Source: Paraphysomonas bandaiensis
Lineage: Eukaryota > Protista > Chrysophyceae
DNA length: 58,439 bases
Assembly (NCBI GenBank): GCA_965644295.1
Contig: CBFFRP010000349.1
Location: 1 to 58,439 of the forward strand
Direction: 5' to 3'
The notes below the pieces were generated by a model. That model was not told the DNA's origin. It did no database searches and was given only the letters and a program-made list of their open reading frames with translations. The position numbers and the translations under genes are program-made. Each line of letters opens with the position of its first letter. The stretch's first letter is position 1. This document shows, in pieces, positions 37,201 to 49,296 of the stretch.

Positions 37201-40200
37201 CGCGACTGATACAAGGCGGCCAAATCGGACCCATTCCACCTGGACGAGCATGCGGTTCGGGGAGGACGTAGTGACGATTGATACGGAGCTGGATGAGAAG
37301 GCTTGCACTGGATGTACATACTATGTAGCTGTGTACGGATACGAGGCGAGTACCTACAGTCTTATGGCAAGTACACAGTCAACCGTGGGGCGCCTATTGG
37401 ATGGAGTTCCTATCAGCGCTCACGTTGACATGTTTGGCTATGTTCGATATACCTTCCGCAATACCTATGGCATTGCTCGGAACTTCCGGGTTGTTCTAAC
37501 CGTTCTGAGTGGATCTCCTTCACTATACATCACTCTTGATGGAAGAGTTCCCAGCTTCACGGAATATGACTATCATTCTAACGCTTGGATGACAAGCTCT
37601 GTTACAATACAACTCGCACATACAGATGAGAGATATGCACCATGTGTGGACGCGGACTGTGACATTCGCATTGCTGTTTACGGTCTTGTGTCGAGTTCCT
37701 ATACGCTCTCCATCACATCCTCAAAGTCCAGTACACTGCTTCAAATGGGTGTACCGGTGCAAGCCGAGGTGGCTGAGCTACAGGTAGATTACTTTAAGGT
37801 TCTGATGTCCGACACCACCGCAACTCTCAAGGTGTCACTAAATGAATACTCTGGGGTTGCTGTTATGTACTTGTCCTGCCACCATGAGTTCCCTAACTCC
37901 ACAGCATTCGACTGGTACTTATACCCAGCAAATAGGAATAGTGGAAATTACATCGAAGTTTCCAGATTGGAATCTATTGATAAGAGTTGCCCTTCCACTG
38001 GAGAGTTTTATGCATCAGTGAAAGGCTTGACCTCTTCTACCTACAGTATAATGGCCTCCATCACGGGAAATGTTACGGCTCAGCGACTGATACCCGGAAC
38101 TGTGGTTAATGATGCCGTAGGATTTCACGAATTCGATTACTTCTTTTACCGCCCGCAAAATGCAAATGACAAATCCAACAACCTGGAGATTACGTTGACC
38201 GCCCTTCAGGGAGATGTGGATGTGTACGTAAGTCCTAGTTGGGAGAGGCGGCCGTTTTACTCTCCGAGCACCGACGAAGTAATGTCCTTCGCACTTCGTA
38301 GTGCGGAGATTGGTAATGATAATCTCTTAATTCGCCGAAGTGATATGCGCGATATGTGTGGGAACCACGACCCTGACTGCTACATTATCATTGGAGTATA
38401 TGGATCATATGACGGAGGCGGAGTAGGGTCTACTTATCGCTTAGAGCTGACTCTGCAGGACACCACACGAACTCTGAGTAGTGGTGTGGCAGTGCGCAGT
38501 CATCTTGACCAACACGAAATTGACTACTACAAGTACACAGTGACAGCTCCAGATAAAGACGTGGTAATTGTGGTTACGCCGTTTTCTGGTGACCCTGATA
38601 TGTTTGTGTCACTGGCTCCTAATCGTCACCCATCTTATGCGAACTACACCTGGATGACGGTGAGTGAAAGTGTGTCTTTTTTGTTAAATCTTATTTTATA
38701 TTGGTGCGTGTAGGCCTTCTGGGGAGCAGATACATTGACGATTCAGCATTCCGACCTGTCCGAGTACTGTGTTCCTGTACCGAGTGAAGGCAAAAACTGC
38801 GAGTTATTTATCGCTATCTATGGGTGGCAAAACTGTTCCTACTCCATTGTTGCACAGATGGATGAGGGGGCTTTACACCCCGTTGCTCTAGTGGATGGAC
38901 AGCCTCAGAGTGGCCATGTAGCACTTGGTTCTTATGCGTACTACACCTTCTTCATAAATGATCACGATCACTCACTACTCCCAGCTGGCTTAACTATTAC
39001 TCTTACCTCTACAGATGGTGGAGACCAGGATATCTATCTACTGTTTTCGGACGAGGAGGAGCCAGGGAAGAATCACTTTGATTATGCTTCCACAAACTTT
39101 GCTGGGGTTAGTGATGAAGTGCGGGTGTCAGCGGGAGATGCCCACTATTGTATCAATTGTATGGTACATATCGCTGTTTTTGGGTTTAAGCCGGGGCACT
39201 ATTCTATCGTGGCTACCTCACGCAATGTGCAAGAATTGCAATCTGGGGTGGCAGTTGGGGGACACCTCGAGCAAGGCCAGTACCGCTACTACTCCGTACG
39301 AAACACGAACCCTACTGCCCAAATCTCTGTTTCACTGACTCCAGTTAATGGCGATCCCGATATATACATGAATATTTACTCGGCGAGCAGTGATGGGACT
39401 CCCTATGCATTTCCTACTACTTCCCGCTATACATGGCGTTCTATACACGCTGGAAATGACGAGGTGTCTTTCAACTACGCCGACGAGAACTTTTGCGTAG
39501 ATTGCACTTACGTAGTGGGCATATACTCGTATCGCAACTCCTCGTATACCCTTCTTCTTACGAACACAGATGATGCTGTTGTCAGTTTAGTCAGCAACCG
39601 ACCCCAGCTAGTGCATGTTCGCGATGTGTCAAAGTTGCGGTACTTCCGAGTGGAGTCTGGGTCATCTTCTGAGGACGTGACTGTGTCTGTAACAAACTTA
39701 GGGTCTGCACACTTAGTTATGTACATGCAAAAGTACCCCCTCGCATCCTACAATGGCTCTCTCCCGTCTCCCACCGATCCATCTAGCTACTCTTACACAA
39801 CTCTACACTCTGGCATGGACCACATATATGCGCCTGGCCCCAACAATGCGCCACAAATATACGTAGTCGGTGTGCATGCTGATGTGGCGACTAGCTTCAG
39901 CATAGTCGTATCCTCATCAGCCCGACCAGTTCTTTTGCAGTCTGGAGTGCCACAGAGCCACTATGTCAAGCAAGGAGCGATGGAACAGTTTACTTATTAT
40001 ATGGATCCAGATGTAGATATTCAGGTGTGTCGATAGATATACGACTTTCTCAGCTAACAAGTGCTGCAGGTGTCAATATCAGCGGTATCCGGTGATCCGG
40101 ACATATTTTTGTCAACCGCTCTGCCTCCACCAGTTTGTTATTCAAGCGCCGCATACTGGTGAGTTGATATAGTGTTCTTTAGCCGTGTCATGGCCTAAGC

Positions 40201-42348
40201 TGTGTTATCAGGCACGTGTCGTGTTACAATTATACATGGAGTAGTACTAGTTACACGACCGACCAAGTGGTGATATCGAAAGACTACCCTTGCTCGGCCA
40301 TTATGCCTGGCACACACGTGGTGGATAGTTGCAACCCTGCAACTGTTCTTAGTAGTGGTATTCTTCATGTAGGAGTATATGGGTACTCCACTTCGCGGTT
40401 CTTAATTATGGCTACCCGTCGCGGAGGGCATATCACCCTCTTACCTGGAAAACCTCAACTAGCCTATACCGGCCCGGGCTTTGTATGTTCGAGCAGGAAT
40501 AAAGAAAGTGGTGTATGTCAGGGGTCCTCCACTCATCAGACCCGAGTTGAGGTTGCTTATTTCTCTTTCCGCATTGATGCTAGTAGCAAAAACCCCAATG
40601 AGAATAGCGTCATGTTCACTGTGTTACCCAAATGTAATACAACCCGCTCCTCGGACGAACAGTGTATGCCGGGTTGCGACTGTGCTCCCGTAGGAATTTA
40701 TGTCATCAGCTGCTCAGCGAGCAACTGCAAAGCCAGTGACAAATATCCCTCCTATCTAGACGGGACCCATATGGCTGGTGCGACGATCACATCCGCTTCT
40801 CCGAGTATGGTACTCTCTCCTAATGTGGTCGGCACATCCACGAGTGCTTATTGTAATCCCTACGAGAAAGGTGAAGCATGTATGTACTACATTGCGGTGA
40901 TAAGTCGGCAGACTGTTGAAAGTGTTGCCTTCACTGTTGCAGCAGAGACACCTTCTGATGTCTCATTTATTTCTTGTGATTCCACCCCATCTCCTGATGG
41001 TATACGTCTTACTCGCTCAACTACTCTACCCCACGCTGATGCGAAGTTCTATGAGCTGTGCTCCAAGGCATCCGGCAGCGATAGGAACAGGGAGAGTTTG
41101 TTTGTGACGGCTGAGCAGTGCTCCGGTACTCTTGATTTATACGCATGTTCTGACAATTCGGAGAGCTGCGATTCAATTCTGCCCACGGAGAAGTCTTGGC
41201 AATTTCACGCCACTAGCGAACAGACATGTGAGAGAAAGTCCCTGGTATCTTCGCCAGTGTGCTCGGCAACTTCCTCGAGCGTACCCACCCTTGAGTTGCC
41301 CGAGAGAAACGGAAACTATCACATCAAGGTAGGTCGCTATTTACCATAGGATATTATTTCATTTAGCTCGTAGGTTAACGGCACTGGTGAGTTTTACTTC
41401 ACGGTCCAAAACTCAAAACATGGTGAGCAGCTTTCTCCATCGCTCCGCTTTGACGGAATCGACCAAATAGTTGGGGGAAAGATGACAATAGAGCGCACAT
41501 CAGGGTCCACCATGCGTTTGTACTGGCATCATATTCGTGTATTGATGCCTGGCGAGCCTGCTCTTATTAACAGTCCAAATATACGATATAAGCTGTATGT
41601 TTTTGAGCGCTCATCTGTGACTCGGGCATCTTCGCCGTATGCACTTATCCTGAGCACTCCTTGTGGCCTTGACCATGCTGCCGGGTACCTTTCCTCTTCT
41701 GGGGGGGTAAAAGTAGTTTCTTTGCCGTCAATCCAGGCAGACGACCCTGGAATGTCACACGAGATTACCGGACTTAAGAAGAATACAGAATATCTCATTT
41801 CCCTTGTGGCGGTGTGTGACAGCAATTGTCTCCGACAGGTGAGCAAGATCGCCTCCACTACCCTACTGTCCTGCAACGGTGCCGTCGAATGTAAGCCGCA
41901 GACTCACGTTTATCCGGTCGCTTCAGCTAGCACCAGCTCGCACAGTGATAGTACTGGTACTAATGACAGCAGTTCGTTGGATGGAGTCATTCTGACTACA
42001 CTGGTGATTGTTATTGCTGTGTCCATGACTCTTCTAGGAGTAGTGTACTACTACATGAAAAATAAGAAGGAAATGGATGCCCTTTCCGATTTTGAGATGA
42101 CGGACTTCAGTAGCGGATCTTCGGACCCAAGTACTACTGTTGGGGATATCCGATCTGTGTTTGGAAGCAATGGAAGCCAGCCCGCCACAAGCAAGGGACC
42201 GAGCTCTCCCAATGGAGGGGCATCAGGCCCGCGTGCTATGATGTCCCGTATGGGGCTGGAGGGTGGGGGTAAGTCACTCTTCAGTAGCTATGCCCCCTTG
42301 ATCAAGGATGAGGAGCAGGAGGACGAAGAAGTCACTATCAATCTTTAG
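34287..42348 (+). CDS. Very large type I membrane protein (~2,400 aa, multi-exon) with about 16 PPC-like beta-sandwich repeats, Cys-rich and FN3-like membrane-proximal region, TM helix and cytoplasmic tail
   Basis: Signal peptide MAALLFYIFLFLSQYA; recurrent (S/Y/Q/N)GD(P/A/V)D(L/I/M)(Y/F)(V/I) and YY(I/V).VYG motifs with L..G.P linkers; TM VILTTLVIVIAVSMTLLGVVYYYM followed by KNKK. Confidence 0.85.
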
Positions 42349-42879
42349 TTTGGGTTGTCGTACTAATATTAGAATAGCTCTCAGGGATTTAGTGGGGTGG
42401 TATTATATATAGCTGTTGAGGCGAATGACGTTAGTTGGATTATCTGGGTAGTCATTAAGTAGCTGATGATACCGTTGTTGGAAGTCCTACTTTTCGATTG
42501 TCATGTCCAGGTCTATGTTAAATATTTGATGACTGCGTATTTAAGACTTGATATCACTCAAGTTACGATGTAATATGGCACCATCTTGATATCGAAATTA
42601 ATAATTCTTGAAAAACCCTTTGCCATTGGTGTGGTACTGACCGCATTCATATTAAATGAAGCAATCTTAACAGAGCTCACACGAAACACTGATTTTAAAT
42701 ATTACCATTAATACCAATGGATATGTGGATCCAAATATACATATAGAAACAAGTTAATAATTTATGATCATCGATGCGGATCGAAACAACATTGGCAGTG
42801 CTATACGAATATCGTATATCGTGTTGGAATTTTGATGCAATCTTTTTGGCGCTTTCGGTTGTCTTTAAGTAAACGAATG

Positions 42880-43110
42880 GCGTCGTCTTCCTCCTCACTT
42901 TTCCTTCAAGTTCACCTTCGTGTGCAGGTACATTAATCAACAAGAAGCGTTGCACCTGTGCTTTCTCAGCGCTGAATTTTGACTACTGCTCTCTCGAAAT
43001 CTGCATTTTGAACGATTTCGTGTCAGCACCCAGGTGAAATAATTTCATTCAAGGGTACTGACGAATTAAATCATCAAATTGTTTATTCGATGCCATCCTG
43101 TTGAAGAAAT
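42880..43110 (-). pseudogene. Decayed hAT transposase fragment
   Basis: Minus strand reads FDDLIRQYP*...EIVQNADFERAVVKIQR*, homologous to FDMLLQEFP...IVVSANFEKAVAKIQ in the 23.3 kb hAT. Confidence 0.6.
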
Positions 43111-44186
43111 ATGAATGATAAGTATGGCTATCCAATGCTTCTAGTCCATTATTATTGTACACACACACTACGGATCCTCTGTATTAAGGTATTCTTGCAC
43201 ACACACATGCTTCTCTTCCTCTGATAATGGTACATAACGGATACACTTATAACGTCATTTACACTACTATAATTGAATATTTCGAAGTAGTTGAATATGC
43301 TGTCACATTATATGCTATGTATCTAGACGATCGTTATATGGAAGTGTTCAGTTTGTTCTTTCCCAACGATCTTTGACATGATCTCTTGAATGCCGAGATG
43401 TTAAAATGTATACTAACCCTAATTACGATTAATAAAATGATAAAACGTTACTGTGCACATGCATCCATGCTACTGTGCTAACATCATATAATGGTATATC
43501 AACATTCTGCTCGCTTTGAGTGAAAGTGGTTGCACCTTGGTGCTTGCGATGACGCACAAGCAGCTTTCGTAGAGTTAAATTGTAGGATATTAGAGTTAAC
43601 CAATGCTTAGTTATATTGTTTGCTACATTCATCAGAAAAGGAATACTACTGGAAAACGAATTTCATCGCTAATTCATAATGTAGGGAGATGGGGAGACTG
43701 TCAAGAAGTTTCCGAAGGTGCACCTGCTACAGCACAAAGAAAGATACAAGTTCAGTGCCTGCAAGATGAACGAGACATTCAAAACCTGTTTTGAAGGAGG
43801 TCATCAGAACAAGATCAGTGATCATCTAAAACTCTGTATGGGTTGTTCGAGAAGAAACTGGAGAATATATGTCTTCAATTTTGAATTGCTGCCCTGGACC
43901 AGGCAGTCACTGATGTTTCAAATATCAGTCGACTTACGGAAGAATTCTTTACTGAAGAATGCGAAGCGTTGAATTGCGGTCTGCATCAGTTTTCTGATGA
44001 TGCATATGCCATCTTATCAAGTGTTTTCCAGAAAGTGATTCGACGACACGAAGTCAAGGAAATGGATACTCGACTAGAGTACTGAGGTTAATTATACTGA
44101 TAAGTGTCGAAATATAATTGAGCATCAACTCGTACAAAAATTTCTGTTTTTATACTCACAAAAGAAAATAGTTGGGACACACTTTT

Positions 44187-44537
44187 TTGGGCTTGATTGT
44201 CTGGGCTCATTGCCCGCTTCCGATTGTTGTCTGATGTCGTTGATTCTTTGCTGTGGGTTGTTAGTTATTGTTTAGGCTTTTCTGTTCAGTGGTTATAACA
44301 GTTTATTACACAGTGTTTAGTAGCTGTGTATATTCCGTTCTTCGTACTACTACGTTGTAGAGTCAAGTGACCATCGTGTAGAGTAGAAACCTCCCCGACA
44401 ACACACAACTGTTAACACACAGGTGTTTAAGTAATTAACTGTTACCACTGAACAGAAAAGCCAAAACAACAACTAACAACCCACAGCAAAGAACCAACGA
44501 CACCAGGCAACAACGAGCCCAGATAATCAAACCCAAA
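44187..44537. repeat. Imperfect inverted repeat (arms ~44187-44330 and ~44400-44537)
   Basis: TTCTTTGCTGTGGGTTGTTAGTT...GGCTTTTCTGTTCAGTGGT vs ACCACTGAACAGAAAAGCC...AACTAACAACCCACAGCAAAGAA. Confidence 0.88.
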
Positions 44538-44559
44538 GTTGCATGAAGCAATAATGCAA

Positions 44560-45502
44560 TATATACGTGTGCCACGCATCGGTATGAGAAGTCCTTTGAT
44601 GGGTTTGAATAACTCTATGTGCTTTCTCATCGTTTCGGACTCCGATATACGAATATTTTCCCACTGTTACTCACCATCGAATTTATCAGGTCAATGCACA
44701 AATTGATAAGGGGCCTCTTAGGCCTGAAATGTAAGAATGGTATGGGTGATATTTTGATACAAGTATGAATCTGTGACATTCGCTGCGAGTATTGTGTACA
44801 GGCAGCTGATATATATATGCATGCATGCATGTATTGACGCATTTAACGGTTGGAATGAGTTTGCATTGCCATGAAATGAGATCGAATATTGTCATTTTTG
44901 CTGTTTTTTTGTGGGTCTTAAATCGGTGTTTTTCTGCAAGACTCAAAAATGGGGATTTTGTTTATATGGGACTCACTCGAAAATTGGTGAATTTTGTTTT
45001 TTTGGGTTCTTAATCGGCGGATATGAATTGTATGCGTTATCGTAGTACATGTATGAGCATTATTGTAGGTTCTGGTTGCTGGTTTGTGTCTCGTGTATGA
45101 GGAGGAGTCTTCAGACTATGCGTATCGGCAGTCAGCATCTTATTTTTTCGGGAATATATTGAAGCATAAATCGTCTATATTACTGCAATACAACTACGGC
45201 TAGAATGCAGATAATTGTTGTCTCAATATTAGAGGCATCTCTGAACAAAAATATACAACGGATGCCGATATGGTAGAGGGGGGTGTCTGTCTTGCCTTCT
45301 TCTTACTCTTTATCTCGAACTAATCGATATATCGGTAAGTTAATTGATCCGATCCGCCTATTGGGGGTTTAAGAATGCAAAATACTTGGAAGCTTGTATT
45401 TCGTGATAAGTTTAGATAGTCATTCTGTTTTCTTGTTTCCATAAACAAGCATACACACGCTCTCTTTTCAGTGATCTTAGGCGTTAAAAACCAAGTTGTT
45501 CA
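44560..45502 (+). mobile_element. Diverged LTR copy of the neighbouring gypsy family in opposite orientation
   Basis: Collinear reverse-complement similarity to ~46073-46945 (CTCTATGTGCTT, GAATATTGTCATTTTT, GTAGTACATGTATGAGCAT, GTGTATGAGGAGGAGTCTT, TTTTCAGTGATCTTAGGC); ends at CA 45501-45502. Confidence 0.82.
45116..45276. mobile_element. ~160 bp MITE-like insert in the diverged LTR
   Basis: Absent from the young LTRs; imperfect TIR TATCGGCA...TGCCGATA; second copy at 12089-12230. Confidence 0.7.
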
Positions 45503-46072
45503 TAGAACAGAATGACTATCTAAACTTATCACAGCAAAAATACAAGCTCCCAAGTATTTTGCAACCTAAAGCTCCCAATAGGTAGATCAATTCACTTAGC
45601 TATATGATTGGTTAAAGAATTATGCAGCTAGGAGGAGTACCTACAACAGTACCTGATGATGTTGTTTTATATTATACTAATATAGTAAAGATCGGATAGT
45701 TTCTACTGGAGCTACAAAGACGACAGCAACACTCCGGGGAGGAGGTTAGCCAAAATACCTCCAACGTAACAATGTAGAAGTATTATTGCCCCATATTGAC
45801 AGCGTAACTAATTACTGCGTGCGGCCCCTAGTGGGTGCGGCTGAGTGCTGCTGCGATTGCTCACCTCTATCTATGTACACATTGCTTAGTTCAGCACTAC
45901 CCCACCCGGGGTCTCACTGCATATTCAGCGCTGAATACCATGTGATAATGATGTAGCTAGTTGGGATCAGTAGGTAGCTAGCAAATAACGTATGGGACTT
46001 AAATCAAGTATTAGTTAGGTACCCACCCGACCCCCATCCGAATCTACCTAAGTACGCGCTCAGAATGGGGTA

Positions 46073-47284
46073 TGCAAAACTTAGGTTTTGAAGCCTAAGA
46101 TCACTGAAAAGAAATGTGATGTGGTTGTTTGTCGAAACAACAAAACAGAAAACTATAATAATAACTCTTTAAGAAACCAACAGCCAGAAATACAAGCTCC
46201 CAAGTATCCTGCAATCTAAAGCTCCCAATAGACAGATCAGTCAACCAACTATGTTAATTTCATAGAGAATTATTATTAAAACTAAAGTTACAAGCAAAAC
46301 AAAAGACAGACCCCTAGTCTAAAGACTCCTCCTCATACACAGGACATTGAATGCAACCACAACCGTACAATATGCTCATACATGTACTACACTACATACG
46401 ATTCATTTCCTGCATCGATTACAGTCAAAAACGCCCTGAAATACGCCTAAATAGGTCTTTTCCAAAAACCACCGATTTCTGAGTCCCAAAAACCCAAAAA
46501 TCCCCAATTTTTTAGAATTGCAGAAAATCGCCGATTTTCGAGCCACAAACACCCAAAAATGACAATATTCGAATCCACAAAAATTGCAAGCACATTTCAT
46601 GACAACGTGAAATACACAATCGCCAACTCATGCATAATACCGACAAAATGCAATCGGGTTCAAAAGCTTACAATCGAACGGTTAAATATCATTTCCTTGC
46701 AAGAGTGTGTACTTTAGACTGGACCATACAAAGACACTCATATTCAGATCACTAACATGCCCATGACACCTCTGCATCTGCGTCCAATGGCACCTTACGA
46801 ATTCCTCCCCATTCCGGAGAAAATCAACGGTGTATGGCAGTGGAGGAACATTCGTATATCAGAATCCAGAACAATGATCAAGCACATAGAGCTGTTCAAA
46901 ACCATCAGAAAGCTTCTCATAATGATGAATGGACTACGAATATCGCACATGCGGTACCAATCAATGCTTTCTAACCCAAAACGCTATGACACCGACTACC
47001 GTATGGATATAGGCGTAAACAAACAGGTAGCAATCGCGTAGACCAATGAAAACGTGTGTTCGAGGGTATAATCCTAGTAGTGAGGGTAAATCCTATTAGC
47101 CTCTGCTGTCTTGCTCTCCTAATAATAATCTGTCTTTTGTTGTCAATCTCATACAAAACCAGCTACATATACCCTACATATTATGTTATCATATCGTTAT
47201 TGCAATAATATAGTTATCAATATTATTATGATGATGTTGTCATAAAACGTGTAAAAGGGTGTTATAAAAGCCCACGGCTTTACA
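46073..47284 (-). repeat. LTR 1 (1212 bp)
   Basis: TGCAAAACTTAGG...GGCTTTACA. Confidence 0.93.
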
Positions 47285-47303
47285 TTACCCTTTCTCCCCC
47301 CCC
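47285..47303 (-). other. Polypurine tract (second copy at 52617-52635)
   Basis: Minus strand GGGGGGGGAGAAAGGGTAA immediately before the LTR TG. Confidence 0.85.
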
Positions 47304-47314
47304 GGATGCCGTAG

Positions 47315-49296
47315 CTACTCCTGAATAATTTTGGGATAAGCCGCAGCGAGCGACGCATCAACCAAAATCATGCGAGCAGGGTCAAAATCCTTCAGGGACC
47401 CCCAACAGTAGACCAAATAGTTGTCGAAGGCATAGTTGGAACCGTTGAGATTAAAACGGGCGCTAATCTTGCGTTTGGAATTCTTGTGATACCAATGGGT
47501 GTACGTGAATTCCATGACATACGCGGCCGTGGCATAATCCGGTAAACCAAGACTCTCGTACCACAGGTCACCGTAGAACCTGAGATCAACATATAGACAG
47601 TATCTCCAACCGACACTGTTGTGATATTCTCTTTCCTCATTGAAGAGATAAAACGCTTCGCAGTAAACGAGTCGTATGCGAGGTGCCGCAAGTAAGGCCT
47701 AGACTCACAGAAATCATAATATGCCTCACACTGAATATCCGGTGTCCATGGAATGTCCAGGATATCGCCGTCCGCATACTTCACCTTGAAGACCATCGTA
47801 GATTTGGTTCGTGAATCTCCCGTATATGAAAGAATCGCCTCCACCTTAAATTGTTCATGGTCTCGCATCGCCGCCTCAATAGCCGATTCCTTATCTCCGA
47901 AAAATGGCTCAAGATCAGAGACAGAGTATTCCCGAATCCCCCCGGTAAGAAGATTTCGAATTTGAACATCATTCTTGTATTGCCGTACAACTTCGAAAGG
48001 ACCTTTCATCCTCGAGGATAATTTCGGATGTGGTTTAGCACCAGCGTCGAACATAACAAAATCGCCTGGACAATACTGGTTTTGTTTGGCAGGATCCAAA
48101 CCCGCTTCCGCTCGTTTCTCAACTAGAGACTTCTGGTAATCTGCTGATATCTGGCGAACTAGAGCTAAGTAATCGTTCAGCCTTTTCAACAGCTGATGAG
48201 ACGGATCATTGTCTCTCCCCTGGGCAGCCAAAAGATTCTTATAGATAGAATCCTGGGACCCAAACGTCAGTTCGAATGCAGAATACCCCGTCTCACTACT
48301 CTCGTGGGTATTCAGAATGAACATGATAGTGGCAAGTAACAGTTCGTCCTCCAAAACAGCATCAGCCTCAATTCGCTTGTCAAAACAAATAGCACGGATG
48401 TGACGAACCACTTCCTTAATAATACGCTCACATCCATTGACATGCCTGTTGGCGATACTAAAAACATGACGGAGTCCTGACAACTTGACCAGCTCCGCGA
48501 AAAGCTCTGATTTGAGATCCGGACCCATATCTGATATAATCATATCCGTGAGGCCGTATGTACACCAGCACTTCCATACTGCTGTAGCCAAATTGATAGC
48601 TGTCATTCCTTTCACCGCATATAAGTACACCAATTTCGTAAACAAATTAACCATAACCACAATGTGTGTGTACCCTGATTTCGAAACTGGTACCAAGTTG
48701 TTATGGTCCGTCTCGATAGTAAATCTCTTTCCCCTGAGATAGAACGAGAACTTCTTGACTGAATAAAATATTCCAAAACCCTCCTTCTCAATAGTATACC
48801 ATCTTTGAGCCTGTACTGAGGGTTTCTTTGAACACAATGCTATAGTTTGCTGCTGAGCTGTAACTGTTTCTGTTGCCGGCACCGTCTGAAAAAGAATACC
48901 AGCCACTCCATAATCACTGGCGTTAGTACGTAGAGTCCATTCCAGGTTGTAATCTGGGTAGAACAAAGAACAGGACCGCTGCAAACCCCGTTTGTACTCC
49001 TCGGACTCCAGTCTGTAGTCAAACTCCCACGTAGACTCGTCCCAGTTAAAAGTACTCTTCGTCATATCCGTTAGATGTTTAACCAAATCGGAACAACTAG
49101 TAGGCACGAAAGGAGCAAAGAACACTCCCATACCCAACAAGGTACGGACTTTCTTGCACTTGTTCCCATTCTCTGGAAACGGAATATTCAAAATAGCCTC
49201 CTTTCTGTCTTCAGATAACTCAAAACTATTATGTCGCACTATGTAGCCGAAAAACTTGACTTCTTGGAATCCCAACCAGGTCTTCGCGAATTTCAC
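47315..49296 (-). pseudogene. Gypsy pol 3' part, copy 1: RT thumb, RNase H, truncated integrase, chromodomain; frameshifted
   Basis: VKFFGY, LRTNASDYG, TIEKEG, TDHNNL joined directly to PVSKSGYTHIVVMVNLFTK, IISDMGP, GYSAFELTFG, KLSSRMKGPFEV, FKVEAILSYTGD..FKVKY..IPW. Confidence 0.9.

Noticed and set aside
35909-41876. Antisense and alternative-frame ORFs over the large membrane-protein gene
   Set aside because: Shadow ORFs of long coding exons with no independent signal
43600-44090. Cys-containing short ORFs, possibly a transposase remnant
   Set aside because: No motif I can support; fragmented frames
46403-47156. Small ORFs repeated three times (65, 94 and 61 aa)
   Set aside because: They lie inside the LTR, have no recognisable motif and recur only because the LTR is repeated
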